Below, piece by piece: positions 38,108 through 47,092 of a DNA stretch of 52,514 nt (position 1 is its first letter; each line of letters begins with the position of its first letter). The translations under genes were made by a program, and so were the position numbers. The DNA comes from Candidatus Heimdallarchaeota archaeon (GTDB lineage Archaea; Asgardarchaeota; Heimdallarchaeia; Heimdallarchaeales; Heimdallarchaeaceae): the NCBI GenBank assembly GCA_019057815.1, contig JAHLWR010000024.1, forward strand, positions 1 to 52,514, in the 5' to 3' direction. The notes under the pieces are model-generated. The model was not told the origin of the DNA. It was given only the letters and a program-made list of their open reading frames with translations, and searched no databases.

Positions 38108-40249
38108 TCAGAGAAGTATTTTCTTCTCTAACTCCAAAACAATTTCAAATAAAGTATTGTTATCGATGTCCCCCAAGATATTTTTGTTTTGTATAATGTG
38201 ATGTAAAATAGTCTCAAGTCTATCTCTGAGTTGGAAAAAAGTCTTTTTTAAACTCTTATGATAGTTCAAAGAGATAACAGAGTAATTTTGCAGGTTCATG
38301 CGTGGGTCTTTGTTTGTGGGATCACTGATAATGAAGGAAAATAATAAGCTCTCATAATCTGGCATATTTGAAAGTGGAACTGGACCAAACAATCCTGTAT
38401 GGTATTCTGTTCCTAATCCTAACGAAGTTATACTTACTACACCATGTTTAACAATCGAAGTTGTAGAGAGGGTCTCTGTACCATATTTCGCAAAAGGTTC
38501 AACACCAACATCACTAAATTTATATGCAATGATATTGACAAGTTTTCTCTCAAAAAGCTCTTGAGAATAGGACTCAGGAGTTATTTCAGTAAGTTTCTGC
38601 TGTTCCTCTTTACTTAAGGTTTTGTCATTGGGGGTATGTTTGAGTGTTGAAGTGTTGAGTAAAACTTCAAGACTATGATCAATAGAAGAAAGCTCGAGCC
38701 TATGTTGGATATTTTCCTCATCTTCTGGGTTGTTTGTCCATAACTCTCTAATACATTGTAATTGTGCTTGTTCAGTATGGATCACCTCAACTTTCTCTTC
38801 TAACTTTGATTCCTCTGCAAGATATAAAGCCTGTCCCAAGAAATATTCAGCTTTAAGCAAATTTTTCTTTAAAATCAAGATTTTTGCGAACAGGATATGG
38901 TACTCTATCATAATAATAGCAGATTGTTGGGAAGTGACAAGAGCAAGGAGTTGATGACTAATCGATTCAATTACCTGAAGACTGTCGAGATTATTCAGCA
39001 CTTTTAACTCAAGGATGTAGAGTTTAAGTAAATTAAGTAAAGTAATAATCCTCAAGAATATTGTCCAAGTTGGATTTTTTATCATATCTTTGAAGGTATT
39101 CATTGCTTGAGCAAGAGAAATAAAGGTGTTCTCATATAAGAGAAGGAGAGCTTTTGCTAATAAATACTGTTGATTGATTATTACACTCTTATTTCTTTGC
39201 ATTACTTCTTCTAACTGTTTATAGATCTCCCTCGCTTTCTTCCCCTCCTTCTTTTCTATATATATGTTCAGTAGATCTAAAAGGTTTTCTGAAATGTAGA
39301 TATCGTTCCCCAGTTCCAGAAATATTTTAAGACTTTTCATATAGAATTCTACTGCTTTATCATACTCCTTCCACATTCCATATATATCTCCAATACTTTT
39401 ATAGTTGCCTGCTGTGACATGCTTATAATTACTTTTTTTACTGTTTTCCAAGCTTCTCTTGAAGTATTGTAAAGCTGTTTCATATTCGTTTTTATTACTA
39501 TAAGAGATACCCATATTTAAGAGAACAATTGCCATTAATTTAAGGTCATTTTGCTTTTCTGAGATTCTTAAACCTTTATTAAAATACTCTAAAGCTTCTT
39601 TTATTAGCCCTTCATTTAGATAGATAATCCCTATATTATTCAACAAAAGACAAATATTCCTTTCGTCAATTTCTTTATCAAACTTCAGAGCTTCAAGATA
39701 GTACTCTAATGCCTGATCATAATCAGTTCTATGATAGTTTATCAAACCTAGAGTATTTAAACTGCGAACTGTGATTTCGTTATAATTAACTATCTGACTT
39801 AATTCCAAGGCTTTCTCTGCTTGTTCTTGAGCCTTGTTCAATTTACTCAATGACCAGAAGACATGTCCAAGCATTTGTCTAGTTTTTGCTTCAAGACGTA
39901 AAGCTCCATTAGAACGATTATCCATCTGATTAAGTTTTGCTAAGATATCCTCACCTATTTTAAGACTTTCAATAAACTTTGTTTCTTCGCTTAAAGCTCT
40001 TCCTTTGTTGTAGAGTAATTCTAAGAAATCATATTCTGTAAGGTTTTCTTTATATTTCTCTAGCATCTCTTCTATTATCGCTAAAGCTTTTTTATGCTTG
40101 TATGTAGAGATATAAATAGAGATCTCCTGTATTCCCAGTCTTATCAGGATATGTTCATCCTTTGTTTTGTTTTCTTCCTTTTTAATTAGAGTTAGAGCAT
40201 CAATAAATTTTCTCTTTATGATTAATACTTCAATTTTTTCAATCAACAA
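38108..40249 (-). CDS. TPR-repeat protein with C-terminal alpha/beta (uDENN/longin-like?) domain
   Basis: Tandem LNxIGxIY...ALEYY repeats; C-terminal AYKFSDVG...GLFGPVP...DPR domain. Confidence 0.85.
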   Translation of the reverse strand: MLIEKIEVLIIKRKFIDALTLIKKEENKTKDEHILIRLGIQEISIYISTYKHKKALAIIEEMLEKYKENLTEYDFLELLYNKGRALSEETKFIESLKIGEDILAKLNQMDNRSNGALRLEAKTRQMLGHVFWSLSKLNKAQEQAEKALELSQIVNYNEITVRSLNTLGLINYHRTDYDQALEYYLEALKFDKEIDERNICLLLNNIGIIYLNEGLIKEALEYFNKGLRISEKQNDLKLMAIVLLNMGISYSNKNEYETALQYFKRSLENSKKSNYKHVTAGNYKSIGDIYGMWKEYDKAVEFYMKSLKIFLELGNDIYISENLLDLLNIYIEKKEGKKAREIYKQLEEVMQRNKSVIINQQYLLAKALLLLYENTFISLAQAMNTFKDMIKNPTWTIFLRIITLLNLLKLYILELKVLNNLDSLQVIESISHQLLALVTSQQSAIIMIEYHILFAKILILKKNLLKAEYFLGQALYLAEESKLEEKVEVIHTEQAQLQCIRELWTNNPEDEENIQHRLELSSIDHSLEVLLNTSTLKHTPNDKTLSKEEQQKLTEITPESYSQELFERKLVNIIAYKFSDVGVEPFAKYGTETLSTTSIVKHGVVSITSLGLGTEYHTGLFGPVPLSNMPDYESLLFSFIISDPTNKDPRMNLQNYSVISLNYHKSLKKTFFQLRDRLETILHHIIQNKNILGDIDNNTLFEIVLELEKKILL

Positions 40250-40676
40250 CCATCATTATATATATTCTCTTTCAGGAAAAAAACTTTTGGGTGAAGTAAT
40301 GAAATCAATTTCTCAATCATAATAACAGAAATAGTCCCGCCTTACTGTTAATCTTTCTTATGGTATCTTTTGGTGTAAAAATTGAAAAGAAATATAACAT
40401 TGAAAATATTATCAAGTATATATGGGTAATAAGATTTGTCAAGCTATAGAGTGTTGTTTGAAAAAATCTTCTAGTGTTAAAATGTTTTTCTGATTCATTT
40501 GTTTAAAGAAATCTATTTTTCCATCATAGAAACAGAGAGTTTTCATAGTTGTTCATTTCTAGGTTTACGACAGTCTAAGCAAAATTCTTCTTTTTCTGTA
40601 TATTTACCTTTTTCTTTTTTTGATTCATTGTAGATTTTAATAGCTAAATTGTGAATACAATCATCGAAGTTTTCAA

Positions 40677-40859
40677 CTATAAAAACTCGATGTTCTCATA
40701 ATTATTCGTGATTTTGAAAATCTTATCTGGTTCATCAAATTCTTCCTTACAATTATAACATCTGTAAACGGGTTTCTTTGTTTTTCTCTTGTTAATATTA
40801 GAACTTTGACAATTGGGACTGTGAAGGATATACTTGACAAAAAGACCACAGATACTCAT
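40677..40859 (-). pseudogene. Zinc-ribbon fragment, resembling those in some HNH/restriction nucleases
   Basis: SPNCQSSNINKRKTKKPVYRCYNCKEEFDEP, with the first Cys lost. Confidence 0.4.
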
Positions 40860-41419
40860 TGATTAAGGGTTATTTCAAGGATATCCAATAATTGTAAAGG
40901 ATAGAAAGTATCTGGATGCAGAAAAAAATACAGATGAAAGATCAATAGCAAACCGTTACTATTTAAAGGAAATGGATAGAAAGAGATTCGAAAAAGTTGC
41001 AAGGTATACACATGAGAACTTGACTAAACTAGTAGAAGATCACGAACTATACAAAGAATGTAAAAATACTATCAAGAATATCTTTAAATATATTTTCATT
41101 GCAAGTATTGTTTTGAATAATAGCAGTAGAAGAAGAAATGTTCTTAATATAAACCCCGTAGTTATTGTTCTCTAGTAAACAATCGCTGATACTGAAATGT
41201 ACAGTAGTATTTGATATTGAAATAGCAGCTGAAACTGAGGAAGACATATAATAATTCTCAATAATATTAGGAGCTACTTTAGTTCCTGAACCAGGAAAAC
41301 CATAAAATGTGAAATAACTATCAGTAAAAATGTTGATAGGTTCATAGACGCTATAATCAAGTTTTAGATTTTCAATTTGGTTTTCAAAACTACTTTTTGT
41401 CAAAAATGTTATTGAAATA

Positions 41420-42422
41420 AGCTTGTTCAAAAACTCTAAAGTCTTAAAGAGTGCTGAGTCTACACTGATATGTTCAATATACTATGTATAGACCCAGCAA
41501 AACTAGATAAACATCTTAAGCTACTTAAACCTTTACTCCGACCAAGATTTCCAGAAAGACCTTCTCCAGAGGGAAGAGGAGGACGACCAAGGAAGTGGGA
41601 ACGATGGGTAGTTATTGCCTTGGCACTCATAGGAGGGTCACTTCCTCTGTCATGGAGAAATTATACACAGGAACTGAAAGGGTGTGAAAATATAATAAAA
41701 AAATGGGGTGCAACAGGACTACCAGGGAAAACTTCACTCTTCAATGCTTGGAAAGAGATCTCTGAACTCCAACTGATTAATCAAATTACTTTACTTGGGA
41801 GAAAAATCTGTCCTCAACCCCAATCAGTAGCTATGGATAGTACAGGTTTTATCCTTAAAGGAGGAACAATCTGGCGTATCCTCAAATGGAGTAAAAGTTT
41901 ATTGAAAAAAACTTCTAGGTTATTTTGGAAAGTACATCTTATTGTGGAGACAAGAAAACAAGCTATTCTTTCTATTGCTTTATCTCCTTCCAAGACCCAT
42001 GATGTGAAAAGGAGTGGTGCACTCCTCCATAGATTAGGAAAAAGACTTTTGACTCATGTTAAATGGGTATATGCTGACAAAGCATACCAGGACGATAAGC
42101 TCTTCAACTACTTTGAACAGGAAAGCATCAAGTTAGTAGTAGAACCCAAAAGGAACGCTGTTGATCATGGGACAACTTCCTTCCGTGACCGTTCCTTACG
42201 TTTTTTCTGTCAAGCAAAGGGATTATGGAAATACACCTATAGGATCGGACGTAAAGCTTCTGTTGAACATGTAATAGGGTTAGTGAAACTCCATACACAA
42301 CCAATGCGAGCACGAAAACCTTGTTCTCGACGAAAGTCTCTCCTTCTCCAGTTTCTCGTGTATAACTTCTCTCTCTACCTTAAGACCCTGTATTCTCCTT
42401 CCTAAGGGTTTTTGAATAAGCT
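41420..42422 (+). mobile_element. IS5-family insertion sequence, 1003 bp, 8-bp target duplication
   Basis: TIRs agcttgttcaaaaactcta / taagggtttttgaataagct; TSD ttgaaata at 41412-41419 and 42423-42430. Confidence 0.93.
41470..42405 (+). CDS. IS5-family DDE transposase
   Basis: AMDSTGF, KVHLIV, HD, YADKAY, RKASVEHV. Confidence 0.92.
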   Translation: MFNILCIDPAKLDKHLKLLKPLLRPRFPERPSPEGRGGRPRKWERWVVIALALIGGSLPLSWRNYTQELKGCENIIKKWGATGLPGKTSLFNAWKEISELQLINQITLLGRKICPQPQSVAMDSTGFILKGGTIWRILKWSKSLLKKTSRLFWKVHLIVETRKQAILSIALSPSKTHDVKRSGALLHRLGKRLLTHVKWVYADKAYQDDKLFNYFEQESIKLVVEPKRNAVDHGTTSFRDRSLRFFCQAKGLWKYTYRIGRKASVEHVIGLVKLHTQPMRARKPCSRRKSLLLQFLVYNFSLYLKTLYSPS

Positions 42423-42771
42423 TTGAAATAATAAATAATGTAATACAAAAGATAGAAACAAGCTTCTTTGTCACTATCCCATAGTAATTATTTTTCATAT
42501 TATATTCACCTATTTAATAGAAAATTTATCCTAAATGATAAAATTTATTGACTTCACTATAGAAAATAATCCAAGATATTTGAAAGAAAAAGTTAAGGGT
42601 TTTTGTGATATTTAAGCATGTCCCAAAACCTCCTAATCACCTCCAGAGGGTATGAGCGTACAAAAGAAAGGTGTACCAGAGGAAAGGGCAAAGTAAGGTC
42701 TTGAGTTTATTGGTCAACTTGCTCTTATTTTCATTTTAAACCTTAGAAAAGTAACCAAATTAAAAAAAACT

Positions 42772-43755
42772 TTAGATATTGTAAGTTCCAGGTGTTTTAG
42801 GGAAAGCGGTACATTGTCTTATATTCTTGAAACCTAAAATGTATCTAGTAAGTCTTTCTACACCTATTCCCAATCCAGATGATCTCTTTCCATCCTTCTC
42901 TAACATATCTAGATACCATTCGTATTCGGAAACATTCTCTTTTGAATCTTTTAAAATTTTATAGATATGTTTTACTTCTGTTTCTCTTTCACCTCCGCTA
43001 GAAGCTTCACCAAATCCTTCAGGATAAACAAGATCCATAGATAGTAGAATGCCTGGTCGATAAGGATCTTCCTTATAATAAAAACCTCGGGAACCAACAG
43101 GATAATCAACTATCCAGAATGGATACTTCATTGTTTTAGAAAGCTCTTCTTCAACTACCCACGGGATTTCTTCTCCAAATGAAAAATTATAATCTAGGAG
43201 TTGAGTTTCTTCATATATATCAGAATAAGTAAACATAGGAAAGGGAGATTTAGGTATAACCAACTCTCTATCAAATCTCTCTAAAATATGCTTACAGGAT
43301 TCTTTAACTCTTTCCAACAATTTTACTAGGAAAATTTCGGTTGTTTCCATTACATCATAAATTGTTTTCTCTCTCATCTCTAAATCAAGCTGATAGAACA
43401 TACAAAGATGACGAGAACTATCTATATTCGACAAAGGCTCTAATCTGACATTAGGAGAAAAAGCATAGATGTTATCAAATGAACGGATTAAAGCTTGTTT
43501 GTACAAAATAATGCTACTCATAATCTTATATTGATGACCATAAAAATCAAAAGAGACGCTTGTAGCACCACGAATTCCAGGATCTGTAGCAGGACCGATA
43601 ATAGGAGCTAAGAATTCTACAAAATTAAGATTGTCAAGTATTTTTCTGCTCTCTAATAAGATTGTATGTTGAACAGAGAGAGCTGCTCGAATGTCTTCTT
43701 GTAATATTTCCATATATCTTGGAACATTGATATTGCTTCTAGAGTGATATATCAA
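42772..43755 (-). CDS. Archaeal-type asparagine synthetase A (AspRS/AsnRS catalytic-domain paralog); start TTG at 43755 inferred
   Basis: TDPGIRGA, SPNVRLE, RHLCMFYQLDLE, PEGFGEASSGGERE, GIGVERL, FPKTPG; no anticodon domain; ggaggt SD before TTG. Confidence 0.9.
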   Translation of the reverse strand: MIYHSRSNINVPRYMEILQEDIRAALSVQHTILLESRKILDNLNFVEFLAPIIGPATDPGIRGATSVSFDFYGHQYKIMSSIILYKQALIRSFDNIYAFSPNVRLEPLSNIDSSRHLCMFYQLDLEMREKTIYDVMETTEIFLVKLLERVKESCKHILERFDRELVIPKSPFPMFTYSDIYEETQLLDYNFSFGEEIPWVVEEELSKTMKYPFWIVDYPVGSRGFYYKEDPYRPGILLSMDLVYPEGFGEASSGGERETEVKHIYKILKDSKENVSEYEWYLDMLEKDGKRSSGLGIGVERLTRYILGFKNIRQCTAFPKTPGTYNI

Positions 43756-43823
43756 ATTGAAACCTCCAATGAAATATAATGAAACAAAGAACAAAGTTAA
43801 TATAATGTTTGTCTCAAAAAAAA

Positions 43824-43847
43824 GACACATATGTTTAAAAATGTGTC
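43824..43847. promoter_or_regulatory. Inverted repeat in the divergent promoter, candidate Lrp/AsnC operator
   Basis: gacacat-N10-atgtgtc between the asparagine synthetase and Lrp genes. Confidence 0.45.
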
Positions 43848-43862
43848 AATAAAATAAAGAAT

Positions 43863-44339
43863 ATGGTACAATCGTTTCAACTTGATGATTTAGATTTTGA
43901 AATTCTTCTTGAACTTAAGAAAAGTGCAAAGCAAAGCTTAGGACAGCTAGCAAAGAAGTTAGATATACCGAAATCATCAGTGTACAGAAGAATATTGAAG
44001 ATGGAGGAAAAGGGAGTAATAGCAGGTTATACAGTAAGAATTGATTTCAATAAAATTGGTAAACCAATTATTGCTTTTATATTGATTTCAGTTCAAACAA
44101 CTATAGTGGAAAGAACCCAAAGAGAAATAGCTCTAGAGATTGCTAAAATACCAGAAATTTATGAGATTCACATAATTACAGGAGAATATGATATGATTGC
44201 TAAAACTAGAACAAGTTCAGTTGATCACCTAGGTAACATTGTTGTGAATAAGATAAGAAATATTAAAGGAGTGGAAAAAACTTTAACTAATGTTTCTTTA
44301 CAGAATCTAAAGGAAGAAATCAATATAAACAAAGTATAA
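43863..44339 (+). CDS. Lrp/AsnC-family transcriptional regulator
   Basis: LDDLDFEIL...LAKKL...VYRRILKMEEKGVI; ITGEYD; GVEKT. Confidence 0.95.
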   Translation: MVQSFQLDDLDFEILLELKKSAKQSLGQLAKKLDIPKSSVYRRILKMEEKGVIAGYTVRIDFNKIGKPIIAFILISVQTTIVERTQREIALEIAKIPEIYEIHIITGEYDMIAKTRTSSVDHLGNIVVNKIRNIKGVEKTLTNVSLQNLKEEININKV

Positions 44340-44362
44340 GGAGCTTAAGTTTGTTTTACCAG

Positions 44363-45262
44363 TTAGAAATTTATAATTAACAATCCTTGAACTCCTTTTC
44401 CTCCCTCTGGTTTGCTATCTATATATCTTTTAGCCCAAATTTTAACTTCTTCGAAATCTTTGTATAGTTCCCTAACGTTTTCTGTACTTGAATAACTTAA
44501 TAGAACATAACAACCTTTCCGATTAATATCTAAAGGTCTCAGTAAAAGATTATCTTCATCAGTGAAACAGCAGTCAGAACTAATAAGAGAATTACATTGA
44601 ACAAAAGCAGAGGAAAAGTCAGGTAATCTATCTAGATGAGAAAATTCAGAGAGAAAGAAAAAGATACGAAGCTTACTAATCTTCAACGATAATTCATCAA
44701 GATCATAACCAGAAATATTATTAGAGATAAAATCTGAGAATTCTCCCTCAGACAGTTCAGTCTTTCTCATTCGTCCATAAATCTCATAAATCAAAGAAAG
44801 AAGCAGATTCCCTGTCCCACAAGCTATGTCACCATAGTTCATTTTGAGTAAATCGTTTTTCTCTTCCATACAATTTGAAGAGAAGAAGTCCAAGACTTTC
44901 CTAGAGATGAAATTTGAAAGGTAAGAAGGTGTGAAAAATTGCCCCTTTTGCTTTCGTTCAGATATCATATGCATTATCATCGAGAGATGGAAGAGTGTGA
45001 TATGAGTTTCAGAAAATCTTTCATTAAGACTAAAATCAAAGTTAGTGAGAATCTTATTAATCGCAGCTATGGGTTCTTTGTGGATTGAATTGGTGAAATT
45101 AAGCTCGTTGACTACAAATTTCGTAAGAATTTCTTTATGAGAAGATTTATTGACTAGAAGCGAAAGAAGAACCTCAAAAAAACCATAGGGTGAGGTCTTG
45201 AAAAATCTAGAATGCAGCAGCTCTTTCATAGGTTTAAGATAAGGGTCTTGTACTCTCAACAT
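44363..45262 (-). pseudogene. Truncated paralog of the 34335 methyltransferase fused to a Dam-like C-terminal fragment
   Basis: Same MLRVQDPYLK, GQFFTP, DIACGTGN; homology ends before NPPF; tail KGCYVLLSYS...ELYKDF...AKRYIDSK...LLIINF. Confidence 0.85.
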
Positions 45263-45360
45263 TCAAGAACGGAATTATGAAAATAAAAACGTTGTGTTCA
45301 GCAAAATAAAATTGAGAGAGAGCAAGTTTATAAAAGATTATGAAATTGAATAGAACAGAA

Positions 45361-45489
45361 GTGAGTTCAATGTTAGATATCATAGTATTAATAAGTGCAA
45401 GTATCATAGGTTTTACGGTCTTATGTGTTTTTTTCTACTTGGTCTACAATAATTTAACTGAAAGAAGACTTGATAAATGGTTCAAATAG
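45361..45489 (+). pseudogene. Single-TM microprotein copy 2, joined to an epimerase 5' remnant
   Basis: VSSMLDIIVLISASIIGFTVLCVFFYLVYNNLTERR; 45469-45516 resembles epimerase cttgataactggttcaaatggttttctgggtaaaaaccttgtcaaacat. Confidence 0.65.
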
Positions 45490-45666
45490 CTTTCTAGTAA
45501 AAACCTAGTCAAATATTGAGAGTTAAATTGTAGCTGAACTCTAATTTCGACAATTAAAAACAACAAAGGTTTGTGAATTTAAGGATAAAACTAACGAAAT
45601 CTTTCTTTAACCTAAAACAATACACTTAAGTTTCACTTACCTTTCGACAAAAAATCACCATTTATA

Positions 45667-45880
45667 CTAGAAAATTCTCCTTATTTTCTGATTTTTTTTG
45701 TTTCTTCGTCTATAATCATGGCAATATATTCCTAATATAAATAAACAGAGGAAAAAATAAGATGAAGGATTAGCTAGGATTAATGTATAATCATTTCCAT
45801 TTTCTTCAGTTCCTGTTGGTTCTTCTGCGCTTGTTGGGTCAGAACCATTAATATACACATCAATCCCATCTAAAACTTCT
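45667..45880 (-). pseudogene. C-terminal remnant of a Ca-repeat surface protein
   Basis: LDGIDVYINGSDPTS...TM...RRRNKK resembles the end of the 5072 protein. Confidence 0.55.
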
Positions 45881-45927
45881 TGACAAAGAGTATGTTTATT
45901 AACGTTTATGCCAAGGTAAGAATGGAA

Positions 45928-46077
45928 ATGGGTTCTCTGTTAAATATCATAGCACTAATAGGTGCAGGTATCATAGGTTTTTCGATGTTATGTACTGTGC
46001 TCTACGTAATCTACAACATTTTAGCTGGACGAAGAGAACTCAAGATATTTGCTTTAGATAGTGGAGATAAAAAATAA
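45928..46077 (+). CDS. Single-TM microprotein, copy 3
   Basis: MGSLLNIIALIGAGIIGFSMLCTVLYVIYNILAGRRELKIFALDSGDKK. Confidence 0.65.
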   Translation: MGSLLNIIALIGAGIIGFSMLCTVLYVIYNILAGRRELKIFALDSGDKK

Positions 46078-46094
46078 TTCAGAATAATTATACC

Positions 46095-46380
46095 AAGAGC
46101 TCTGTTTTTACATAAATGATATATAAGTGACTTATCTTCTCTATTTAATGCGTATCTTGATAACTGGTTCAAATGGTTTTCTGGGTAAAAACCTTGTCAA
46201 ACATATACAAGAAGAATATCCTTCTTGGAAAATATTTGGTTTTGATATTGTGGAAACAGGTCAAGAAAACTATAATTTCAATAAAGTCAATTTTAATGAA
46301 AAAGAGGACTGGAAACCTTGTTTCAAGGAAATTGAACCAGAGTATATTTTCTACTTGATTGGACTTTTCAGAGGAGATAA
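46095..46380 (+). repeat. 286-bp exact direct repeat, copy 2
   Basis: Identical to 36463-36748. Confidence 0.92.
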
Positions 46381-47035
46381 CAAACTACTCTACAGAACGA
46401 ACACTCATTCTTTCCTAAATTTCATTGAGGACCTAAGAATAGCTGATATAGATGCAAAATTATTGATAGTAGGATCAGCAGCTCAATATGGTAGGATTAA
46501 AGCTGAAGACAACCCAATTAAAGAAACACACAAAACTGATCCTGTCAGTATTTATGGGTTGACTAAACAACAACAAGAGAATGTTGCTCTTTTCTATAAT
46601 AAGAATTATGGTATAAATGTTGTCTGTACCAGACCGTCTTCATATATAGGGAAGGGATTATCTGGAAATTTATTAGTAGGATATTTAGCACAGAAATTCT
46701 CTTCTGAAGAAAAATTAATCGATATAGAAATGAGTAACTCTGATGATGAAAGAGATTACATTGATATAAGAGACGTAGCTAGTGCAATAGTCAAGTTGCA
46801 AACAAGCAATAGTTCAACAGGAGAGATTGTGAACATATCCTCTTGTGATCCTATTACAAATATTAAATTAATTCAGAAATATGAAAATATTACAGACAAA
46901 GAAGCGAAGATTTTTTTTACTTCACCAGATAAAGAACCCCTAGTCATCAATCTTGATAATTCAAAAATAAAGAAGTTATGTGATTTTTATCCTGAATATA
47001 GTATTGAAGATTCCATCAAATGGTGTTTTTCTTAA
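46127..47035 (+). CDS. NAD-dependent epimerase/dehydratase (extended SDR), full length; likely ATG at 46148
   Basis: ITGSNGFLG, GSAAQYG, YGLTK, RDYIDIRD, DNSKIK. Confidence 0.92.
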   Translation: MTYLLYLMRILITGSNGFLGKNLVKHIQEEYPSWKIFGFDIVETGQENYNFNKVNFNEKEDWKPCFKEIEPEYIFYLIGLFRGDNKLLYRTNTHSFLNFIEDLRIADIDAKLLIVGSAAQYGRIKAEDNPIKETHKTDPVSIYGLTKQQQENVALFYNKNYGINVVCTRPSSYIGKGLSGNLLVGYLAQKFSSEEKLIDIEMSNSDDERDYIDIRDVASAIVKLQTSNSSTGEIVNISSCDPITNIKLIQKYENITDKEAKIFFTSPDKEPLVINLDNSKIKKLCDFYPEYSIEDSIKWCFS

Positions 47036-47092
47036 TTGATACTCGTGACGTTTCACAAGATTAAAAAACACACTAAAAAACTAAATTATGCT

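Larger units (their letters stand above)
41047..42498 (-). pseudogene. Beta-helix surface protein gene, split by an IS and 3'-truncated
   Basis: Removing the IS and one TSD rejoins MKNNYYG...CITLFII-SITFLTKSSF...GFPGSGTKVAPNIIENY, paralogous to 2314 and 5072. Confidence 0.85.

Noticed and set aside
42594-42635. taagggtttttg and aagcatgtcccaaaacc resemble the IS5 terminal repeats
   Set aside because: Short, degenerate and unpaired, with no TSD; may be a relic but is not demonstrable
43756-43830. N-terminal extension of the asparagine synthetase given in the ORF track
   Set aside because: It overlaps the divergent promoter, and an SD-preceded TTG at 43755 is a better start
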